From Bacteroidota bacterium (GTDB lineage: Bacteria > Bacteroidota > Bacteroidia > Bacteroidales > FEN-979), in contig JBAXVX010000007.1 in NCBI GenBank assembly GCA_037128705.1, positions 27,617-91,616 on the forward strand: 64,000 nt of DNA, given 5' to 3'. This document shows, piece by piece, positions 8,033 to 18,200 of this stretch. The notes beneath the pieces are model-generated. The model made no database searches. It saw only the letters and a program-made list of their open reading frames with translations, and was not told where the DNA came from. Within the stretch, counting starts at the first letter, position 1. Each line of letters starts with the position of its first letter. The position numbers were made by a program, and so were the translations under genes.

Positions 8033-11000
8033 TTATTTTTGTTTCTCAAAAACATCCACCTCCCTGAAATAAAAGGGACCGTGCTGGGAATTTTCACTCA
8101 CCCACAACAGGTACCTGTATTCTTTCGATTTGTCCTTCAAGGGAAGGATGGTATATAGGGCTTTGCTGTTTCCCCAGAGATCTTCGGGCGGGGCAAGAAG
8201 GATGAAATTCCATCCCGCAGTCCTGGGATCGCCCTTTACCGATGGAACTTTATCCCCGGTAGCTCCCCAGAGCGAGAAAGATTGTGCGCCTCTTTTGATG
8301 TCCTGGGTCGTGAATAGATGCATGCTGTCCAGTTCAATTTCCTTCTGAAGATCCATTAATATCCTTCCCTCACCCTTTTCTGACCACTTGTCGTTCAGTG
8401 AATCACCCGGCAGCAGATCGTACATGCCGTCGTTGAGGGCCGAAACATTCATGCCGTTACTGATTGTGCCCTTGAGTATGGAGTCTGCATCGCTGAAATA
8501 ATAGTTCACCCTGACCCCGTTCGGCTGGTGAAGGTCGGCATAATCTTTCATGGTCAGGCGGGCCGGCAGCTCCGCCAGGTTGCGGTTGTTGGTCACAACA
8601 CAGCTGGCTGCGGGGACCTGATGATCATCCACATAACTTTTTGTCAGGTTCAGGGTCATGGCTTGCCGGTCGGTGAAATCATCATAAAGGGGAGAAGCCG
8701 GGCGAACCTGGTCGGAAGGATTGTCGGAGACGGAGATGGCAAAGATTTTAATGGCCTCATTTTCAGGAAGCTGAAGGGTGCCGCTCACAGGGGAGGCTTC
8801 CAATGAATATTTAAACAGGTAGGCATACTGGTAGGGAATGTTAAGGGTGTCCTTATGCAGGTGGGTTGAGAACCATGCAACCTCATTGCGTTTGATGAAC
8901 CCTTTGCCCAAACCGGTGATGCGTCCGTACTTATCCCACAGCCTGTTATCGAATTGCCCGATGTTCCCGTGATATTTCTGGATCCGGAGGGATGTTTTTG
9001 CACCGCCTACTTTAAAGGTTCCCGAGGTATCGCTGAGGGCACAAGCCAAAAGATAAACATGGTTGTAATTGCCCACTTTGGGCAGGATGATCTTTTGTCC
9101 CTTGCAGGCGAGCATGTTGTTTTTTCCATCGGCTTTCGGGCCGAAGTTAAACTGAACACCATCGACGATCAGCGACTCCGGCATCAGTTCGGCCGGAATG
9201 CTGAGGCCCTGATCATCAAAACGGCCGTTTTTCTTGTTCTTTTCACTGCTGATGGCATCTTCATCAAACGGGAGCGGCAGTTCCGCACAGGCCGGCTCTG
9301 TCAGCTTCACGGTGGACGGTTCCAGCTGAAGTGCAAAACTCCGGATGGCAAATGGCTTCATGTCGGTCATCAGTTTCCCGTTTTTCAGGGTTGCCTCGCC
9401 TGTGAGCCGTTCCTGCCCGTCGACCTCCCAGGCCTTGAGGATCTTTGCAGACAACGACACCTCCACATTCTGAATCTCTTTTCCAACCAGTTCCTGCAGG
9501 CGGATGATCACATCCTTACCGTTCTCCGCCTTTTTTATCGTGCGGATGTCAACCTGAGGTGCCGAGACCTTGGCAAAAGAAAAGCTCTTCCCCAGGGTTC
9601 CCGGATGTTGGGAAGCCTGGAAGACGCGGAGAGGCTGGTTGAGGCTGCGGCCCTGCCATTCCGAAAGTCCCGCCCTCCAGTCGCCCTTGTGACTGTATAT
9701 TCCGTAGGTAATTTCGTGGATTCCCCAATCCTGGGTCGCCTGGTCGTGGTAAAAATTGGCGGAGGGAGTGTAGAGCATTGTCAATCTGACCGTTTGATCG
9801 CCAGGCTTGTCGGAACCGAATTTACAGTCCTCGAATATGGTCACGCCAAAAGAGCCTGATTTGTCGGTAAGGTCGAACCATTCGCGGGAGGGAACTTCAT
9901 ACTTTTTTTCGTTGTTGTTGCTCCGTTCTTCGGTCCCCAGGCCCAGGTTATAAGTGGCCACCGGGTTGGAGGCGGTGAGGGGGAACGATGCTTTCAGGCT
10001 CACCCCGCGCGACTGCCAGGCGATAATGTTCCGCACGGTTACATTTTCCTTGCCTGCCCCAAGCTGGATGTATTGGGTGAAATGAGAATTCCTGGCATCC
10101 CGTTCAATTTTCAGGGTGCCGCGTACAGGGCCGTTTTCGAGCACCGTAATGGATGCCGGACCCTTTACCCAGTCGACGGGAGGACGTTTACGGTCATTCC
10201 AGTCCATGTTCCAGGCAGGCCAGTAAGCCGGATGTTCTTTCTGAAATTCAAGTCTTGAAGGGGCCGACAGGAGCTCTTTTCCCAGTTTTTTATCAATGAT
10301 ACTTGAAATATCCCCGTTCTGGTTGACGGTTATTTTCAGGAACTCATTGTCGAGGGTTGTATTTGAAACAGACAGGGCTGTTTTATATTTGACGGCTTCG
10401 GTTGCCGGCTGAACATCAAATACCGCAAGTCCCAGGGAAGGGATTGAAGCCAGAAAAAGGATCCGGAGACTGCCTTTGTTTGCCTGTATGACCTGCGAGG
10501 GAACTTCAGCGCCTGAGGCATCAAAAACCTTCAATGCTTTCGGAGCGCTCTCAGGGTAAAGAATTTCAGCCTCCACCATATCTTTACGGGGAACTGCCAG
10601 CGGATTGTACACCACCAGTGAAATGCCTTTTCCCTGGGTATCCAGGGCACGGATCACGGCCCCGGCCGAGGTTTCAAGGTTGGCCGAAAATCTGTTCAGG
10701 GCGAGCACCTCATCGTTCCATGCATATTCGTATGCTTTCGGAAGGCTTGTCCCGGGCACGATGTCATGCATCTGGCTGCCAAGGACCAGCCACCAGGCCT
10801 CGTTCATTGAACGTTGCGGATATTTAATGGCGCCCAGCCAGTCGGCCATGACGGCCAGGGGTTCAGCGGCCAGGGCAAGTTGTTCGTTCTTGCGGTTCCA
10901 CCGTTTCATGTAGGCCTGTGAAGAGAGCGACCCGGAAGAGTGTTCGGTGAGAAGCAGGTCGCCGCTGTAAGTTGGAAGCTGTTTTTTCTGATCTTCATTC

Positions 11001-11884
11001 AAATCCCTGAAAATCTGGTCGGAGGAGGAGAGATAGACATTGATTTTACGGTCGGGCTGGTCAAGGCATTCAACGGCATTTTTCACATCCTCTTCACGCG
11101 GCGCGCCTCCTTCATCGCCGACCCCGTAGTACCGGTAATCGGCAAAAACACCATATTTATTGCCGTTGCCCATCACCCGGTTTACCCAGTAGGCAGCGGT
11201 ATCGATCCGCTTTTTAATATCGCCGCCGTAGTTGGTAGCATTCAATGCGGCTACGACCCCTTTGCCATCCGGACCGATCCAGTTGCCGATGTTGAATGGG
11301 ATCCCGGCTGCAGATCCCCAGGAAAGCTTCTGGGTGGAAAAACCTTTTAACCCGGCATGGGCAAGAACCGAAGGAAGGTGGGCCTGGAATCCGAAACAGT
11401 CGGGAAGGAGAAAATCGACACTTTCCTTGTTAAATTCACTCCTGAAATACCCGTTCCCATACAGCACCTGACGGATCACCGATTCGGGGGAGGGGATGTT
11501 GGCATCACATTCATCCACAGATGAACCACCAACGAACCAGCGTCCCTGTGCGATGTATTTTTTTACCTTTTCATATTTTTCAGGATAATACTCCTTCATC
11601 ATTTTGTAACGGCGGGCCCCGGAAAAGGTGAAAACATAGGGTTTGTATTTTTCAAGGCGCTGAAAATTCTCATCCAGGGTGTTCTTGATACACACGTTGA
11701 TGGTCGCCTCATAGTCCCATCTCCATTCCGTATCGAGGTGGGCATAACCTACCGTGTAAAGCACCGGATCTCTCGACAGGTTGTATTTCGGGGCAGGTGA
11801 TTTTGAGGCCTCAGGCTGAGCCATTACCGGATTAAAAGTCAGTGATATCAGGAGTATCCACACCAGGGCAGCGACGTTCTTCAT
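8033..11884 (-). CDS. GH38 alpha-mannosidase with extra C-terminal beta-sandwich / discoidin-like domains
   Basis: 1283 aa with a signal peptide. The N-terminal GH38 catalytic region reads VGYAHLDTEWRWDYE...LPDCFG. The size exceeds typical GH38 enzymes because of a ~250-aa C-terminal extension. Confidence 0.85.
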   Translation of the reverse strand: MKNVAALVWILLISLTFNPVMAQPEASKSPAPKYNLSRDPVLYTVGYAHLDTEWRWDYEATINVCIKNTLDENFQRLEKYKPYVFTFSGARRYKMMKEYYPEKYEKVKKYIAQGRWFVGGSSVDECDANIPSPESVIRQVLYGNGYFRSEFNKESVDFLLPDCFGFQAHLPSVLAHAGLKGFSTQKLSWGSAAGIPFNIGNWIGPDGKGVVAALNATNYGGDIKKRIDTAAYWVNRVMGNGNKYGVFADYRYYGVGDEGGAPREEDVKNAVECLDQPDRKINVYLSSSDQIFRDLNEDQKKQLPTYSGDLLLTEHSSGSLSSQAYMKRWNRKNEQLALAAEPLAVMADWLGAIKYPQRSMNEAWWLVLGSQMHDIVPGTSLPKAYEYAWNDEVLALNRFSANLETSAGAVIRALDTQGKGISLVVYNPLAVPRKDMVEAEILYPESAPKALKVFDASGAEVPSQVIQANKGSLRILFLASIPSLGLAVFDVQPATEAVKYKTALSVSNTTLDNEFLKITVNQNGDISSIIDKKLGKELLSAPSRLEFQKEHPAYWPAWNMDWNDRKRPPVDWVKGPASITVLENGPVRGTLKIERDARNSHFTQYIQLGAGKENVTVRNIIAWQSRGVSLKASFPLTASNPVATYNLGLGTEERSNNNEKKYEVPSREWFDLTDKSGSFGVTIFEDCKFGSDKPGDQTVRLTMLYTPSANFYHDQATQDWGIHEITYGIYSHKGDWRAGLSEWQGRSLNQPLRVFQASQHPGTLGKSFSFAKVSAPQVDIRTIKKAENGKDVIIRLQELVGKEIQNVEVSLSAKILKAWEVDGQERLTGEATLKNGKLMTDMKPFAIRSFALQLEPSTVKLTEPACAELPLPFDEDAISSEKNKKNGRFDDQGLSIPAELMPESLIVDGVQFNFGPKADGKNNMLACKGQKIILPKVGNYNHVYLLACALSDTSGTFKVGGAKTSLRIQKYHGNIGQFDNRLWDKYGRITGLGKGFIKRNEVAWFSTHLHKDTLNIPYQYAYLFKYSLEASPVSGTLQLPENEAIKIFAISVSDNPSDQVRPASPLYDDFTDRQAMTLNLTKSYVDDHQVPAASCVVTNNRNLAELPARLTMKDYADLHQPNGVRVNYYFSDADSILKGTISNGMNVSALNDGMYDLLPGDSLNDKWSEKGEGRILMDLQKEIELDSMHLFTTQDIKRGAQSFSLWGATGDKVPSVKGDPRTAGWNFILLAPPEDLWGNSKALYTILPLKDKSKEYRYLLWVSENSQHGPFYFREVDVFEKQK

Positions 11885-11939
11885 AAGAGTCTAATTTTCA
11901 TGGTAAAATTAGAGATTTATTTTGTTTCTCAAAAAGCCG

Positions 11940-11947
11940 TACTTTTG
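11940..11947 (+). promoter_or_regulatory. Bacteroidota -7 promoter box (TAnnTTTG): TACTTTTG
   Basis: Exact consensus match, ending 27 nt upstream of the ATG at 11975. Confidence 0.55.
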
Positions 11948-11974
11948 CAGAAATAAACCAATGGAGGGGTATCA

Positions 11975-13108
11975 ATGAAAAAATATTTGTTCATCCTGTT
12001 AGTAGGGGCAATCCTCGCTTCATGTACAGGAAATAAGGATCAGTTTACCATCAAGGGAAAGGTCAACGGCGTTGATACAGGAATGATCTACCTGCAAAAA
12101 TTCGATGTTGACCAATGGGTCAAAGTCGATTCATCAAAACTTGAAAAAGGAGCATTTTCATTCAAAGGATCCGCTGCTCTTCCGGAGATGTGGCACATCG
12201 TCATGGATGAAAAGCAAATCATACTTCCCGTGTTTGTTGAAAATGCCGGAATCAAGGTAGAGATCTATGTTGACAGCCTTGATAAATCGTTGATCACAGG
12301 ATCTCCCTCCCATGATATTTACCAGAAGTATCTCACCCTGAATGAGTCCGTGTATAAAAAGATGGATGAGAACACCATGGAGTGGAAGAAAGCCAGAGAT
12401 GCCAATGATTCGGCAACCATGAAACGCACCGATTCGGTTTCGAATGAGCTGGATAAGGAGATGAAAAAGCAGCTCCAGGATTTTGCCAGGGCCAACAACA
12501 AGACTGTTGTTTCTCCCTACCTGGTTATACGCAATAGCTGGCAATTTGAGCTCCCCGACCTGGAAGAACTACTTGCCGCCATGGATACCAGTCTGAATGG
12601 TTCCCAATATGTGCTGGCTCTGAAGAAACGCATTGAAATCCTGAAGCGTGTTGAAATTGGGCAGATGGCTCCTGATTTTACCTTGAATGATACCACCGGG
12701 GCCCCTGTTGCGCTGTCATCCCTGAAAGGGAGGGTGCTGCTGGTTGATTTCTGGGCATCGTGGTGCAGTCCCTGCCGGGCTGAGAATCCCAACGTGGTGA
12801 AGGCTTACCAGGCTTATCACAAGAAGGGATTTGATGTGCTGGGCTGTTCGTTCGACCAGAACCGGGAAAAATGGCTGAAAGCTTTAAGGAATGATAAACT
12901 TACCTGGACCCATGTTTCAGACCTGAAGGGATGGGGCAATGCTGCAGGCAAACTTTATGGCATCAATTCCATCCCGGCAAATGTCCTGCTCGACAAGGAT
13001 CAGAAGATCATCGGCCGTAACCTTCGCGGTGCGGATCTGATGAAGAAGCTGGAAGAGATTTTCGGACCGGCGGTTCCTGAGAAAAAGGGAAAAAAGGCAA
13101 CCAGGTAA
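11975..13108 (+). CDS. TlpA-family thiol:disulfide oxidoreductase lipoprotein (DUF4369 N-domain + thioredoxin fold)
   Basis: 377 aa. Has a lipobox (ILASC) and the redox motif WASWCSPC. The stop TAA lies in the first GGTAACAG unit. Confidence 0.88.
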   Translation: MKKYLFILLVGAILASCTGNKDQFTIKGKVNGVDTGMIYLQKFDVDQWVKVDSSKLEKGAFSFKGSAALPEMWHIVMDEKQIILPVFVENAGIKVEIYVDSLDKSLITGSPSHDIYQKYLTLNESVYKKMDENTMEWKKARDANDSATMKRTDSVSNELDKEMKKQLQDFARANNKTVVSPYLVIRNSWQFELPDLEELLAAMDTSLNGSQYVLALKKRIEILKRVEIGQMAPDFTLNDTTGAPVALSSLKGRVLLVDFWASWCSPCRAENPNVVKAYQAYHKKGFDVLGCSFDQNREKWLKALRNDKLTWTHVSDLKGWGNAAGKLYGINSIPANVLLDKDQKIIGRNLRGADLMKKLEEIFGPAVPEKKGKKATR

Positions 13109-13156
13109 CAGGGTAACAGGGTAACAGGGTAACAGGGTAACAGGGTAACAGGGTGA
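13104..13156 (+). repeat. Octamer tandem array (GGTAACAG)x6 + GGTGA
   Basis: Read directly, with units counted 13104-13151. It contains the upstream stop (13106-13108) and runs into the downstream GTG/ATG start (13153/13156). Confidence 0.95.
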
Positions 13157-14574
13157 TGAGTAAAGGGTTGCGGTATTTCACGTTTTCATTTCAACGCTTT
13201 TTTTTCGAACGAGTAATTTTCTTGCTCATTTTTTTGCTGACTTCATGGTTGCTTCCTGCCCAGGGTGTTTTTGACGGCACCATTTCCGGGATTGGCCAAA
13301 GCAGGATCATGCTGATGAGCATATACGGGGAGAAGCTTACTGCGATCGATTCAACCTCAGGCGATTCCCTTGGGCATTTCAGGATCTCCCTGAGCGGCCG
13401 CATGCCTGGCATTTACCGTGTCAAATGGTCCAAGGAGGGATTTGTCGACCTCGTGTGGAACAATCAAAATGTTCAGTTCAGCACCAACGGTTCAAGCCCT
13501 GAGGATAGTTTAAAGATCATCTCCTCGTTGGAAAACCAGATCAACCAGGCTTTTACAAAACTCGACCGGCTCAACCAGTCAAAACTTCAGCTGTTAATGC
13601 CGGTGGTTGACTATTATCCCCCCAATGAAGCTTTTTATACGCTCATAACCAATGAATTTGAGGGGATCCAGCGTTCGCAGCAGCACTATCTCGATTCACT
13701 GGCAAAACTGTACCCGAATGCCTACGCCGTGCGAATTGCGAAAGTTTACCAGACCCCGTTCCTGCCAGTCACCCTGAAAAAGGATGTAAGGATCAACTTC
13801 CTGAAACAGCATTATTTCGACCAGGTCGATTTCAGGGATACCGCCCTGCTGCACAGCATGGTTTTTGCAAACAAGGCGATCTCCTATCTCTCCCTATACA
13901 GCAACAACCGCCTGACTCAAAAACAACTTGAAGGGGAGTTCATCAAGGCGGTCACCATCATGCTCAGCGCGGCATCGGTGAATACCGAGATCTTTAAATT
14001 CTGGCTCGATTACCTGGTCGGCGGATTTGACAAGTACCACCTCGACGAGGTGATCACCTACATCGCGGATAATTTCCAGGATCCCTATTCATGTGAAGAC
14101 CAGCAGCGGAAAACGGCCCTGCAGAAAAAGCTCGAAACCTTCAAGAAGATCTCCATCGGGAAAATATCACCGGATATGGAGGTGGCTGACAGTAAGGGTA
14201 ACCCGGTAAAGCTATCAGCGATCAATTCGGAGTATACCCTCGTGGTATTCTGGTCGACCCAATGTCCGCACTGCACAGCCATGATGCCAAGGCTTAAGGA
14301 ATTGTACGATCAGCAAAAGCCCAGACGATTTGAGGTGATGGCGGTTTCGATCGATACCAGCCGCATTGCCTGGACGGCATTCATTAAGGAGCAGAAGCTC
14401 AACTGGATCAATGTTTCTGATCTGAAGGGATTTGCAGGCAAGCCGGCCGATGATTTCAATATCTACGCCACGCCGACCATTTTCCTCCTCAACCGGGAGA
14501 AGAAAATCCTGTCGAAACCCATTTCGCTCAGGGAACTGGAAGCAGCCCTTCGGGAGAATAAACTCATTCAATAA
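13153..14574 (+). CDS. Thioredoxin-fold (TlpA/ResA-like) protein with a large N-terminal domain of unknown function
   Basis: 473 aa with an N-terminal hydrophobic anchor. The C-terminal redox motif is FWSTQCPHC. The likely start is ATG 13156. Confidence 0.8.
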   Translation: MMSKGLRYFTFSFQRFFFERVIFLLIFLLTSWLLPAQGVFDGTISGIGQSRIMLMSIYGEKLTAIDSTSGDSLGHFRISLSGRMPGIYRVKWSKEGFVDLVWNNQNVQFSTNGSSPEDSLKIISSLENQINQAFTKLDRLNQSKLQLLMPVVDYYPPNEAFYTLITNEFEGIQRSQQHYLDSLAKLYPNAYAVRIAKVYQTPFLPVTLKKDVRINFLKQHYFDQVDFRDTALLHSMVFANKAISYLSLYSNNRLTQKQLEGEFIKAVTIMLSAASVNTEIFKFWLDYLVGGFDKYHLDEVITYIADNFQDPYSCEDQQRKTALQKKLETFKKISIGKISPDMEVADSKGNPVKLSAINSEYTLVVFWSTQCPHCTAMMPRLKELYDQQKPRRFEVMAVSIDTSRIAWTAFIKEQKLNWINVSDLKGFAGKPADDFNIYATPTIFLLNREKKILSKPISLRELEAALRENKLIQ

Positions 14575-14588
14575 ATCGGTGATTTTTT

Positions 14589-14596
14589 TACCTTTG
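14589..14596 (+). promoter_or_regulatory. -7 promoter box TACCTTTG
   Basis: Exact TAnnTTTG match about 50 nt upstream of the ruvA ATG. Confidence 0.5.
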
Positions 14597-14645
14597 CACT
14601 TTTTCCGGGAAAACCGGCATTGATTTATCTTTAGGCACTGCGCAC

Positions 14646-15230
14646 ATGTACGATTATATCCAAGGAAGGTTGGTTGAAAAGAACCCGGCCTATGCGGTTG
14701 TTGATGTCGGTGGTATCGGGTACCTGCTGAATATTTCCATCCACACCTATTCCATGCTGAGGGAAGATGAAAAATGCATCCTTTACACCCACCTGGTGGT
14801 TCGTGAAGATGACATGTTGCTGTACGGTTTTGCCGACCAGGCTGAGCGTGAACTTTTCCGACAGCTCATCAGCGTATCGGGAGTCGGCGTCAATACGGCA
14901 CGCATCATTTTATCCTCGCTTTCACCCGAAGAGGTGATCAGGGCCATTGCCGAAGGGGATGCAGTTCAGTTACAGCGAATTAAAGGAATCGGGGCAAAGA
15001 CTGCCCAAAGGATTATCATCGACTTAAAAGATAAGGTTCCACGGGAGTTGATTCCCTATGAAAAATCCGGATTTTTGCACAATACAAAGAAGGAAGAAGC
15101 GTTATCTGGATTGATCATTCTGGGCTTCCCAAAGATGCTTGCTGAGAAAGCATTGATTAAAATCATCGAAACGGAAGGAACAGGCTTGACAGTGGAACAG
15201 CTGATCAAACACGCCCTCAAGGTTTTGTAG
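14646..15230 (+). CDS. ruvA: Holliday junction branch migration complex subunit RuvA
   Basis: 194 aa. MYDYIQGRLVEK..VDVGGIGY.. plus HhH motifs (ISVSGVGVNTA, IKGIGAKTAQRI). Confidence 0.93.
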   Translation: MYDYIQGRLVEKNPAYAVVDVGGIGYLLNISIHTYSMLREDEKCILYTHLVVREDDMLLYGFADQAERELFRQLISVSGVGVNTARIILSSLSPEEVIRAIAEGDAVQLQRIKGIGAKTAQRIIIDLKDKVPRELIPYEKSGFLHNTKKEEALSGLIILGFPKMLAEKALIKIIETEGTGLTVEQLIKHALKVL

Positions 15231-15257
15231 CGTTCAGGTTCCGGAGTTTAATTCACC

Positions 15258-18200
15258 TTGAAGAGTTTAGTGAAGAAACGCATTTTATACTGTCTTATCT
15301 GCCTGGCCGTCCTGATTGCCATACGTATCCCGGTTTTTGCCGGTGAAACAATGGACAATTATGGACCTGGCCGGTTTATTCCTTTTCCCCCCGACAGCAT
15401 CATCACAAACCCTGATTCGGTAAAACTGCGTTATCCGTTCAATGATGAGAATGTCATGCCCGGTTCCGGACAGGAAAGTCCGCTCTATCTGAAGAATCCT
15501 TCGAACATGAAGACCGATGTGGAGTACGACCCCATCACGCGTCAGTATTACTATTCGTACAAGATCGGGGAAACAACCTACCGGATCCCGACCACGTTGT
15601 CTTTTGACGAATTCCAGAACCAGGACCTGCAGTCGATGATCAACCAGTACTGGAAGGAGCGCTCGGAAGCAGCAAGCATGGATAATTCGAAGGGGATCAT
15701 TCCCAAGATCCACATTCCAGGGAAGGTGTTTGAAACAATTTTCGGGAACAATACCGTGGATATCAGGCCGCAGGGATCGGCGGAAATTATGTTCGGCATC
15801 GTGTCGAACCGCCGCGACGACCCCATGCTGAATACCAACCAGCGCCGGCAGACCAACTTTGACTTTCAGGAGCAGATCCAGATGAACGTCATCGCGAAGA
15901 TCGGCGATAAGATTGAATTCAAGGTGAATTACAACACCCAGGCCACCTTTGATTTCGAGAACAAGCTGAAGTTGAAATACGAGGGTAAGGAGGATGACAT
16001 CATCCAGCTGATCGAAGCGGGTGATGTCAACCTGCCGCTCAGCACTTCATTGATCCGGGGTACGGAAAGCCTTTTCGGGATCAAAACCAAATTGCGGTTT
16101 GGCCGCGTCACCGTCACGGCACTCTATTCGCAGCAGAAGAGCGAGACCAAGAATATCACCGTACAGGGCAACGCGCAAACCTCAAAATTCAGGCTGCGTG
16201 CCGATGAATATGAGGAGAACAAGCACTTTTTCCTTGGTCAGAATTTCAGGGACACCTACAAGGCCTCGTTGCAGAATTTGCCGGTGATCACCTCCAACGT
16301 GAACATCCTGAAGATTGAGGTTTGGGTAACGAATATCGGCGCTGCCGTGACGGAGAACCGGAATGTTGTGGCATTTATGGATCTCGGGGAATACAAACCG
16401 TACAATACCAGGCTGTTCACCGGTGATCCGGGTAAAAAATTCACCTCCAATAATTCCAACGACCTGTTCCAGAAGATCATGCCTACGCCGGCCGATACCG
16501 CGCAGGTCCGCAACATCAACACTGTTTCGGGTTACCTGAAAAACCCGCCTTTCTATATGATTTCGGGTCAGGATTTCGAAAAGGTTGAAAACGCCCGGAA
16601 GCTGCTCCCTTCGGAGTTTACTTTTAACCCTAAACTGGGATTTGTCTCGCTGAACACCGCCCTCAACAGCGATCAGACCCTTGCGGTAGCTTACCAGTAC
16701 CAGGTTGTGGGCGATACTGCCGTTCACATGGTCGGAGAATTCTCCGACCAGGGGATCACCTCTCCCAAGAGTTTGATCGTTAAATTGTTGAAGAGCACCT
16801 CTCTCAATACCAAGCTTCCGCTCTGGAACCTGATGATGAAAAACGTTTATCCCCTGGGTGCCTACCAGGTGCAGGCGAACGATTTTACACTGAACGTGCT
16901 CTATTCCGGTAATGCGAACGGTGTTCCTACAGCATACATCACCGAGGGTAGGATTAAAGGGGTTCCCCTGATAAGGGTCCTCAATTTTGATAACCTGAAT
17001 CAGCAGTTCAATCCCCCGGCCGATGGAATGTTCGATTTCATCGATCAGGCGGCAACCCAGGGAGGAACGATCCAGGCCTCGAACGGGAGGGTTTTCTTCA
17101 CGGTTCTCGAACCCTTCGGCAACGACCTCAGGGACTCAATTTTAGATATGAACGATCCAAAAGGATCTGCAGCATTGGCTGATAAATATTGCTTCGATTC
17201 CTTGTATACCATGACGAAGACCATGGCCAAACAATACCCGGACAAGAATAAATTTGTCCTTGACGGATTTTATAAATCGGCCGCAGGATCTGAAATTTCC
17301 CTTAACGCATTGAACGTCCCCGCGGGATCGGTGAGGGTGACGGCAGGCGGAATCCAGTTGCAGGAAAATGTGGACTTCACCGTTGACTATACCCTTGGTC
17401 GCGTAAGGATCATCAACGACGGCATTCTCTCGTCGGGAACCCCGATCAGCATCTCCCTCGAGAGCAACGAGATGTTCAATGTTCAGACCAAACGGCTGAT
17501 GGGGGCGCACATCGATTACAAGATCAACAAGGACTTCTTTATCGGGGGTACCGTCCTGAACCTGAATGAGCGGCCCCTCACGCAAAAGGTCAATTACGGG
17601 GATGAGCCCATGTCGAATACCCTCTGGGGACTGAATCTCTCGTACCGCACCCAGTCGAGGCTGATCACCCGTTTTATTGATGCGCTGCCGCTTATTACCA
17701 CCAAGGCCCCCTCGTCCATTGCCGTAGATGCTGAATTTGCCCAGTTCATCCCCGGCCATTCAAAGGCCATCGGGGCGGCAGGAACCACCTACATCGATGA
17801 TTTTGAAGGCGCCAAGTCGACCATCGACCTGAAAAATATCGGAACCTGGTTTATGGCGAGCACCCCCCAGGGACAAACCACCAGTGCCATGTTTCCCGAA
17901 GCTGCCAACAACACCAAGCTGATGTATGGATTCAACCGCGCCAAGATAGCCTGGTATATCATTGACCCCCTGTTTTATGATAAAAATACCAGCCTGATGC
18001 CACCCAATGTTTCGAACACGGAACTGTCGAAACAATATGTCAGGCAGATCTGGGAAACCGAAATTTTTCCGAATAAGCAGCCCCTGAATGGTGTGCCGGT
18101 AAACATGGCTGTTCTGAACATGGCCTATTACCCGTCGGAAAGAGGTCCCTACAATTATGATGTATTGGCTTCCCCTTACTCCAGGGGGTTGAATGCAGAC

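Noticed and set aside
8954-9859. 301-aa plus-strand ORF inside the GH38 gene, with similar shadow ORFs at 10534-11471
   Set aside because: It is antisense to a continuous 1283-aa ORF with clear GH38 motifs. It has arginine/glycine-rich low-information sequence and no start context.
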